The notes beneath the pieces were generated by a model that made no database searches, had not been told where the DNA came from, and saw only the letters and a list, made by a program, of their open reading frames with translations. A DNA stretch of 64,000 nucleotides, taken from contig CBDCYI010000009.1 in NCBI GenBank assembly GCA_965224085.1, forward strand, positions 160,001 to 224,000, read 5' to 3'. The position numbers were made by a program, and so were the translations under genes. The DNA is from Candidatus Marinacidobacterales bacterium (lineage in GTDB: Bacteria > Acidobacteriota > Vicinamibacteria > Marinacidobacterales > SMYC01). Shown piece after piece: positions 57,091 through 64,000 of this stretch. Position 1 is the first letter of the stretch. Each line of letters starts with the position of its first letter.

Positions 57091-57437
57091 TCGACGTCGC
57101 CATGGGTGAAGCGCGTGCCCATGGCGAGCGCTTGGACTGCGGTCTCGCGGGGACCGGCGACGTCGCGGCCTTCGCGCTCTGCGCGCTCGATGGCGTTTCC
57201 AAGCTCGATCAGAAGCTCGATGGCAACCTCAGCGCGCGCGGTCGACTGCGCGTCGATGACGAGCCGCTCTTCGCCCGCGGCTTCGCCGTAGCGGATCGCG
57301 AGCGCCTCGAGCTCCGCGACGCGATCGCTGAGCTCGGCCGCCAGGACTTCCGGCTCCCCGAGCGCTGGTGGTTGCGCGAACAGCACCGATGGAAAAGCGA
57401 CAATTGCTGCGAGGTAAAGCAACGTGAGATAACGCAT
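57080..57437 (-). pseudogene. 5' fragment of a secreted/periplasmic helical protein
   Basis: Signal peptide MRYLTLLYLAAIVAFPSVLFA-Q and a helical body that runs into the antisense strand of the converging gene. Confidence 0.55.
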
Positions 57438-57575
57438 CAGTTCTTCGAGTTTGTCGCGGTACCACTCGGGATGGTGCGACGCTGCCCAGCCCAGCCGCAC
57501 AGATCCTTTGAGTGACCGGTCGCAATGTGAATCAAATCACTGCGCTTGCCGAACGTCAAGCCATTCGTGCGGAGC

Positions 57576-57884
57576 CTACTCGATCTCTTTCAACCGTTCC
57601 TCGAACTCTTGCGCCATCCCTTCGTGGTGATGGGCCAAGGACGCCTCAGCACCTTCGCGGAGGGCCCAGCGGGCTTCTTTCTTCTTGTCGAGCCCGAGAT
57701 AGGCGTCCGCGAGAATGCGATAGGCCGCGCCCTCGTCTTCCACCGCGTTCAGATAAGCGTTCAGCTCATCGACGGCTTCAGCAAGCTGACCGTCCCTGTA
57801 GAGCTCATTCGCGAGCATGTAGCGGGTCATGGCGTCGTCGGGAGTTTTCGCCAATAGGTTTCTGAGAGCGTCGATGCGAGACAT
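57576..57884 (-). CDS. Small TPR-like protein
   Basis: MSRIDALRNLLAKTPDDAMTRYMLANE..AAYRILADAY. TAATG coupling to the hydrolase gene. Confidence 0.85.
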   Translation of the reverse strand: MSRIDALRNLLAKTPDDAMTRYMLANELYRDGQLAEAVDELNAYLNAVEDEGAAYRILADAYLGLDKKKEARWALREGAEASLAHHHEGMAQEFEERLKEIE

Positions 57885-58567
57885 TAGACCTCCGAGATGA
57901 ACTTCAACACGGTCGCGGCCACCTCTACTTCCACTTCCTTCGGGGTGCGCCCGTACCTCTTGGGCACTTTGAATCCGTGGTCCGCACCTTCGAGCAAGTG
58001 CAGCTTGGCTCTGGTCTGCGTAACCAGCGGCTCCAGCAGATCGAGGGTGGCGAAAGCATCTCGCGTCCCGCTTACGAAGAGCATCGGAACTTTTATCTTG
58101 GGTAGATGGTCTTTTCGAAGCCGGTCGGGTTTTCCCGGTGGATGCAGCGGGTACGCAAGAAAGAATATGCCATCGCACGGATAACCCTCGGCGACGAGGT
58201 AGGACGCCATGCGGCCTCCCATCGAGCGGCCGGCAAGAAAGAGCCTCTTCGGTTTCAGCTCGCGGCGCATCGCGTCGGCCACCGTGCGCCAGGCGGCGAT
58301 GAGCTTGGGCTGTTTATCTGGGCCACCTCTTCCCTTTTCCGCATAGAGAAAATTGAAGCGGACCGCGGTGACGCCTCCCGCAACGAGAGCGTCTTGAAGG
58401 GCAACGATGGAAGGTGTGTCCATATAGCCGCCGGCGCCGTGCGCGATAATGACCGTGGCTTTCGAGCGCGTGGGCTTCTTGACCGACACCGAGATTTCTC
58501 CGAGTGCGGATCCGTCCTCCGCCGTCACTTGGAGACGGTGCCTCTTGTCTTCAAGAAATGGGGTCAA
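57884..58567 (-). CDS. Alpha/beta hydrolase (KANSL3/Tex30-like)
   Basis: AHGAGG, GRSMGGR nucleophile elbow, YPLHPPGK, GTRD, GADH. Confidence 0.92.
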   Translation of the reverse strand: MTPFLEDKRHRLQVTAEDGSALGEISVSVKKPTRSKATVIIAHGAGGYMDTPSIVALQDALVAGGVTAVRFNFLYAEKGRGGPDKQPKLIAAWRTVADAMRRELKPKRLFLAGRSMGGRMASYLVAEGYPCDGIFFLAYPLHPPGKPDRLRKDHLPKIKVPMLFVSGTRDAFATLDLLEPLVTQTRAKLHLLEGADHGFKVPKRYGRTPKEVEVEVAATVLKFISEV

Positions 58568-58580
58568 TGGTCAGAAGCCT

Positions 58581-59501
58581 TCAAAGAATGCGGCGCCCGA
58601 AGGCCGAGGCGAGCATCTCTACAGCGACCTCGGCGGTTTGGTTGCGGACATCGAGTATCGGATTGACCTCCGCGACTTCCATCGAGACCATGTGGCCGGT
58701 CTCCGCAATCATTTCCATCATCGTGTGGGTCTCGCGGTACGAGACGCCGCCGGGCACGGCCGTGCCGACCCCGGGTGCTATGGAGGGGTCCATCCCGTCG
58801 ACGTCGAAACTGATGTGAATGCCGTCCGTCCCGCGTCCCGCAATGTGGAGGGCCTCTTCGGCAATGTCGTAAATTCCTCGACGATCGATTTGATCCATCG
58901 TGAACACCCGAAGCCCAATATCTTTCAGGATCTCTTTCTCGAGACGATCGATGCTCCGCGCGCCGATGATGGCGGAGCAGGCCGGGTCGAGCTTCGACTC
59001 CCCTTCCGCGAAGCCGCCGATCGCCACGAGCTCGGCCGCGCCACGGCCGAAGGCCACCGCTTGGGGCATGCCGTGGATATTCCCCGAGGGGGTGGACTCC
59101 GGGGTATTGGCGTCCCCGTGCGCGTCGAACCAAATCATGCCGAGCTTCTTATTGGCCTTCTTGAAATGACCTGCGACACCCCCGATAGTTCCAATCGCGA
59201 TGGAGTGGTCGCCCCCTAGAACGAGCGGGATTTCTCCGAGCTCGAGCATAGACGCTACGCGCGCCGCCAGGTCCGTCATCGTGGCTTGAATGAGCGGAAG
59301 ATATTTGAGCTTGGGGTCGCGGATCTTGTGGGATTCGGGCTCTTCGCAGTCGATATTGCCGTCGTCGACCACATCGTAGCCGAGATCGCGAAGCGCTTGA
59401 CGGATCCCGGCTTTGCGGATCGCCGACGGCCCCATATCTACGCCGCGACGGCCTGCGCCCAGATCCACGCGCACCCCGAGGATACGCACCTTCTTGGTCA
59501 C
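58581..59501 (-). CDS. rocF: Arginase
   Basis: GVDMGPSAIR, GGDHS, DAHGD, SGNIHGMP, SFDVD, EVNP. Confidence 0.96.
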   Translation of the reverse strand: MTKKVRILGVRVDLGAGRRGVDMGPSAIRKAGIRQALRDLGYDVVDDGNIDCEEPESHKIRDPKLKYLPLIQATMTDLAARVASMLELGEIPLVLGGDHSIAIGTIGGVAGHFKKANKKLGMIWFDAHGDANTPESTPSGNIHGMPQAVAFGRGAAELVAIGGFAEGESKLDPACSAIIGARSIDRLEKEILKDIGLRVFTMDQIDRRGIYDIAEEALHIAGRGTDGIHISFDVDGMDPSIAPGVGTAVPGGVSYRETHTMMEMIAETGHMVSMEVAEVNPILDVRNQTAEVAVEMLASAFGRRIL

Positions 59502-59562
59502 GCGCGAAAGTCTAACACGAGCTTCGTGCTATTCTGACCTCTGCGCCCATCCGGAGATTGTA

Positions 59563-60516
59563 TTGAAACTTTCGAACTGCATGTTGCTTCTCATTTTGGC
59601 TTTTTTCCCGGTATCGGCGGTCGCTCAACGGGACGCTTGGATTCGCCACTCGAGCGAGCCCATCGCGCTCCGTTCGGGATCACGCGTCGAGTTCGTGACC
59701 ATGACGAGCGAAGCGGTTGGCGGAGAGGCCTCCTACAGCGTCTTTCTTCCGCCAACTTATGGAAGCGGCGTGGCGAAATATCCCGTCGTTTATTTCCTCC
59801 ACGGTCTTTTCAACGATCACACAAGCTGGACGATGGACCACCACGGAAACATTCCTGAGCTCGTCGACGGCTTGATGGCGAACAAGACCCTTCGCGAAAT
59901 GGTCTTAGTGTTCCCCGACGGCGGCCGGAGCTTCTACACCAACTACAGAGATGGCACCATGCGCTACGAGGACTTCATTGTCGAGGAGCTCCCGCGGCAT
60001 GTTGAAGCGAGCTATCGCGTGAGTCCTGGCCGGACCCACAGAGCACTTGCAGGCACTTCGATGGGCGGCTACGGCGCTCTCAAGATTGCCATGCGGCATC
60101 CAACCCGATATGCCGGCGCCGCCGCGCACTCCGCCATCGTCTTCCCTGTTCCGAATCCGCTCGACGTCCCCGATTCCGCGCGCTCGGCACGGTCCTATCA
60201 ATATTTGGACGCTGTTTTCCGGAGCATCTACGGCGATCCTTTTGACCAGGAATACTTTGATGCGAACAATCCGCTCGAGCTCGCCCGCAAAGCGGATCTG
60301 GACGGGCTCGCCATCTACTTCGACTATGGGACCGCGGATCGCTACAACCGCTCGGTGGGTCTAGGTGCGGGAAATCAGAAGCTCGATCAGGCCCTGAGCA
60401 AGAGCGGTGTCGACCATGTATTCCACGAGCACGAGGGCGAGGCCCATGGATGGGCACTCGTTTACGCCCATATCCCCGACTCCCTCGGCTTTCTCGCGGA
60501 GCATCTGGCGCCCTGA
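59563..60516 (+). CDS. Secreted esterase family protein
   Basis: YPVVYFLHG, GTSMGGYGA, GEAHGW. TTG start with GGAG RBS. Confidence 0.88.
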   Translation: MKLSNCMLLLILAFFPVSAVAQRDAWIRHSSEPIALRSGSRVEFVTMTSEAVGGEASYSVFLPPTYGSGVAKYPVVYFLHGLFNDHTSWTMDHHGNIPELVDGLMANKTLREMVLVFPDGGRSFYTNYRDGTMRYEDFIVEELPRHVEASYRVSPGRTHRALAGTSMGGYGALKIAMRHPTRYAGAAAHSAIVFPVPNPLDVPDSARSARSYQYLDAVFRSIYGDPFDQEYFDANNPLELARKADLDGLAIYFDYGTADRYNRSVGLGAGNQKLDQALSKSGVDHVFHEHEGEAHGWALVYAHIPDSLGFLAEHLAP

Positions 60517-60570
60517 TAGTTGAAACAGCCACCCGCTCCCGCTTAGGATGAAACTGGGAATTCCCAAGCC

Positions 60571-61420
60571 ATGCTCATCCGGTCTCTCGCCTTAGCGATC
60601 GCCATCCCGGCAGCGTTTTCGTCCGTCACGTCGTCCTGTCTGTCTTCTGGCGGCGGCGAGCCTGAAAGCATCAGCGATAGCGAGTTTGGGGATCTCGTCA
60701 CACGACTTTCCGAAGAGGGCGGCTATTTCTGGAGTAACAACTACATCTCCAATGAAACCTCCTACCTCCACGTGCTCGACGCACTCGACGAACGCCGCGC
60801 TGAAGACGGCGTTTATGTCGGCGTTGGACCGAACCAGAATTTCACCTATATTGCGGCGCTCGAGCCCGAGCTCGCGTTCATCATAGACATTCGCCGCCAG
60901 AACATGCTCGAGCATCTCTTGTTCAAGCTGCTGACGGAAGACTCCGAAACTCGCGACGCCTATCTCTCGAGACTCGTGGCGCGTCCTCTGACGGAGCCTC
61001 GCGCGCGCGACGCCACCGTCACGGACATCATTGCCGCCATCGAATCGACCGCGCCGGACGAAAGTTTTTACGAGAAGCAGCTGGCCTTCGTGCTCGGTGA
61101 GTTCGAAGACCGTCCCGAGCTCGGGCTCACCGATCAAGACCGGCACGACCTAGAGCTCATTTACCGCGAGTTCTTCCGGCAGGGATTCGAGATCAAATAT
61201 GACAGCTGGCGGTCGTTCTTCTTCCCCTCGCTGAAGGATTTCATTCTCGAAATGGACCTCCATGGCCGACATCGGAATTGGCTTGCTTCGGACGAGACCT
61301 ACGGCCGCGTGCGGCAGATGCAGCTCGAGAACCGTATCATCCCAATCGTCGGCGATTTCGCTGGAGACCAGGCCTTCCGTCGGCTAGGGAGGCTCCTCGA
61401 GTCGCGTCGCCAAATCGTGA
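60571..61420 (+). pseudogene. Putative lipoprotein of unknown function, apparently 3'-truncated
   Basis: LSEEGGYFWSNNYISNE, YVGVGPNQNFTYI, IIPIVGDFAG. After ~61420 the ORF (to 61506) reads antisense into the protease gene. Confidence 0.6.
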
Positions 61421-62692
61421 CCAAGGGGCGGGGAGCGGCTGGCTTTCCCAAAGCGCTCCGTCCACAGGGAGCGCGCGCGTTACCTGAGACGTCAACAGCG
61501 GTTTAGCGGACACGCTTTGAAGCGACTGCATCAGGACGGAACGGTTGAACGCTACCGCATCCGCGGGGCCCTCATAGCGAATGACGATTTTTTCGACGCC
61601 GTGGTCGAAAAGGGCATACACCATCTGTGTGTCGCCGGAGCGCGCACGCCCGATCACGACGCCTTCCGCGACAGAGGCGGAGTCTCTCTTACCTTCGGCG
61701 TGAAACGTCCCGAACGTCCCGCCTGACAAGAGAGCCTTCTCGAGCGACCCGAGATCCCACGGAGTCACCACTCGATCGGAAGTCCACAAAATAGCACCCT
61801 GCCCGGGGTCGCTGAAGGCGCGCAGCCGCATAGGCGACACGTCTTCGAGCGTTTCCGGAAGCCGGAGACTCAAGCCTTTGTCTCTCAGCGTCTGCTCGCC
61901 GCCCAGCTGGAGGCGCTCGACAGGCAGAAGCTGGTCGTAACCGCTCAGGGTCAGAAAATCTTTGACCGTGTTGACCGGGATAGCGAAACCAATCCCATCC
62001 GAGTCGCGCAGCTTGAGCCTCACAACACCGAGCACATAGCCGTCCTCATCGACCATCGGCCCGCCGCTATTGCCCGGATTCACGGTCGCGCTCGTCTGCA
62101 AATAAGCCGTGTTTCCAGCGTCGTCGCTCCGTGCAGCCGAGATTGAGCCACGGGTCACGCTCACTTGGGGAACGATGTCCGGGACGTCCGTCTGACCGAC
62201 TTCGACGCGACGCCCAAAGGGGAAACCGTAAACGTTAACCGACTCGCCTGCCGTCGTCGCCTCCGAGTCGCCGAACGCGAGGTAGGGCAGGTCACCGCCC
62301 GCTATCGACAACACGGCGAGATCGATGTCCGGGTCCACCGCCTCGATGGACGCATCGAATCCACCTGTCGGCAGCACCACTTCCACGCGGTCCACCGTGA
62401 GCTCGACCGTGACCTCTCGTGAGCCGACGCGTTTCGTGAAAGTACTGCCGTCCACGACATGATGGTTGGTCAACACGTGCCCATAGGGTGTGAAGATGAA
62501 ACCGCTCCCTGTGCCGAGCTCGACGCTACGCGTCTCTTTCGAGTCGGAGAAAGCGCCCTCCACTGCAACGTCGATCGTGCCGATGACGCGAATGAAGACT
62601 GTCGCCTTCGCGGGTGAGTGTGCTTGCTGGGCCGCGCCCAAAGAGCCGCCCAAAAACGTCACGAGAGCGAGGGGCAAAGCAGGTTTCATCAA
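61337..62692 (-). CDS. S1C (trypsin-like/HtrA-type) serine protease, likely 3'-truncated near 61420
   Basis: GTGSGF, LTNHHVV, DLAVL, NPGNSGGP catalytic triad. 170-bp convergent overlap with the neighbouring ORF. Confidence 0.82.
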   Translation of the reverse strand: MMKPALPLALVTFLGGSLGAAQQAHSPAKATVFIRVIGTIDVAVEGAFSDSKETRSVELGTGSGFIFTPYGHVLTNHHVVDGSTFTKRVGSREVTVELTVDRVEVVLPTGGFDASIEAVDPDIDLAVLSIAGGDLPYLAFGDSEATTAGESVNVYGFPFGRRVEVGQTDVPDIVPQVSVTRGSISAARSDDAGNTAYLQTSATVNPGNSGGPMVDEDGYVLGVVRLKLRDSDGIGFAIPVNTVKDFLTLSGYDQLLPVERLQLGGEQTLRDKGLSLRLPETLEDVSPMRLRAFSDPGQGAILWTSDRVVTPWDLGSLEKALLSGGTFGTFHAEGKRDSASVAEGVVIGRARSGDTQMVYALFDHGVEKIVIRYEGPADAVAFNRSVLMQSLQSVSAKPLLTSQVTRALPVDGALWESQPLPAPWSRFGDATRGASLADGRPGLQRNRRRLG

Positions 62693-62926
62693 GATTGGTC
62701 TCTAACAGTTATAGTCCTCCGAACGTCGGTCTTCAAATGAGGTGACGCTTTCCCACCGCGTCAAGGAAACGCCCGCGAGTGTTTCGGCCGTGTTCGACTA
62801 CGTGCCGTCCATTTACCGTGAACTCCAGCTCGCGCTGTTCCGACGAAGACTCCCGAGAGACTTCTGGAGAGACTTCTGGAGAAGACGGATGCGGCCCGGG
62901 ACCTGAATGGTGAATACGGAATGTAT

Positions 62927-63913
62927 CTAATTCCATTCTGAGCGGCCCGGAAGCAGTGCTTCCGAAGGCCCACGCGCGAGCCGGAGCTGCCGCGCCGTCT
63001 CCTCCGCCGCGCGCATCACGCGCAGGACGTTCCGCCCGAGGATCTTCTCGACAGCGTCCTCCGAATAGCCGCGCGTGAGAAGCTCACGTGTCAGGTCGAT
63101 GAACGTCGAGACATCCTCGAGGCCGAGCGGAACCGAGGAGATGCCGTCGAAGTCCGAGCCGATCCCGATGTGGTCGATACCCGCGACCTCGCGAATGTGG
63201 TCGATGTGGTCCGCGACCTGAGACAGCGTCGCTCGTGGCGACGGGTGCTCCTGATCAAAGGCCCGCAGGCCTTCGACAACGCTCGAGCCCGAGATCGCTT
63301 CTAAGCACTCTGTCTCCGTCCCTCGCCGGTCGTCGTGGTCCTTGACCTCTTGGGAAATGAACTGCGGCACGAAGGTCACCATAATGACACCCCCGTTCTC
63401 CGGGAGCCGCCGGATTACGTCATCGGGAACGTTGCGCGGATGGTCGCAAAGCGCACGCGCCGAGGAATGGCTGTAGATCACGGGAGCCTCGACGACATCC
63501 AGCACGTCGTGCATCGTCGCTGGTGAGACGTGCGAGAGGTCGACGAGCATTCCCAGCCAGTTCATCTCGCGGACGACGTCGCTGCCAAACTCCGAAAGAC
63601 CGTTGAGAGCCGGGACGAAGACCGACCAAAACTGCGCCCCGACACCGCCTTCCCGAAGACGCGGGATGTCGGTCATGATATCGGGCTGACTCTTCGCAAT
63701 ATCGAGTGAAGAAAACTGATTGCTCAAATCACGATATTGACCAGGAAGATCGTTATGACCGTCGATGAGCGGCACCGTCTCATGCAACCGACGCGCTACA
63801 TCCTCCGACTGCACTGCCTGAGACCCCGAACACCCAGCAAAGCCAACCAAGGGAAAAGAGAGAAGGCTCACTAAGATCAGACCCCACAAGAAAGAACGTG
63901 GATGTTGTCTCAC
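62927..63913 (-). pseudogene. M19 membrane dipeptidase with in-frame internal deletion
   Basis: [16 protein letters not shown] joined almost directly to NGLSEFG, DLSHVS, SHSSA, GSDFDG. The central EG..TLTH segment is absent. Confidence 0.75.
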
Positions 63914-64000
63914 CGACGGGCCCTATACTTCTCATATAGCTCCAAATGCTTATTGTTCAAGCTCGTCGGCACGCCGTCGATCAAAAGATGCCGGATCTCG

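Noticed and set aside
62845-62882. Tandem 12-bp repeat GAGACTTCTGGA x2 and the 67-aa ORF containing it
   Set aside because: Only two exact copies in a degraded intergenic region, with no evidence of function.
1-64000. CRISPR array, cas genes or rRNA
   Set aside because: No regularly spaced repeat-spacer units, cas-like ORFs or rRNA-like sequence were seen.

Overview
High-GC bacterial chromosomal window. Gene content and style suggest an Acidobacteriota-like host (inference only). From 1 to 15.7 kb is an accessory zone: a catabolic operon (acyl-CoA dehydrogenase, class III aminotransferase, SDR, frameshifted DUF885), a complete ISNCY-type IS with a 6-bp TAGCTA target duplication, malate synthase G, gene remnants, an IS1595, a tyrosine-recombinase + IS91 (HUH/Y2) element and an IS630 fragment. 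This zone ends at the 3' end of tRNA-Lys(TTT). From 15.8 to 54 kb is mostly housekeeping: purA, trxAB, rsmA-rnj-uppP-ftsK-amidase, hisC, ECF sigma/anti-sigma and pheST. From 54 to 64 kb there are several apparent deletions. Four observations stand out. (1) The recombinase-IS91 element is bracketed by 17-bp inverted repeats containing GTTC and has a ~260-nt foldback with GNA-triloop mini-hairpins at its left end. (2) A coupled cluster encodes an XRE regulator, a catalytically degenerate Fic protein, a GAF-GAF-GGDEF cyclase and a J-domain protein. (3) An in-frame AroD-AroE-ThiF/MoeB triple fusion sits behind a structured leader with a uORF. (4) pheST looks Chloroflexota-like. No CRISPR array or rRNA gene was seen. 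All family assignments come from motif recognition by eye; no database searches were run.
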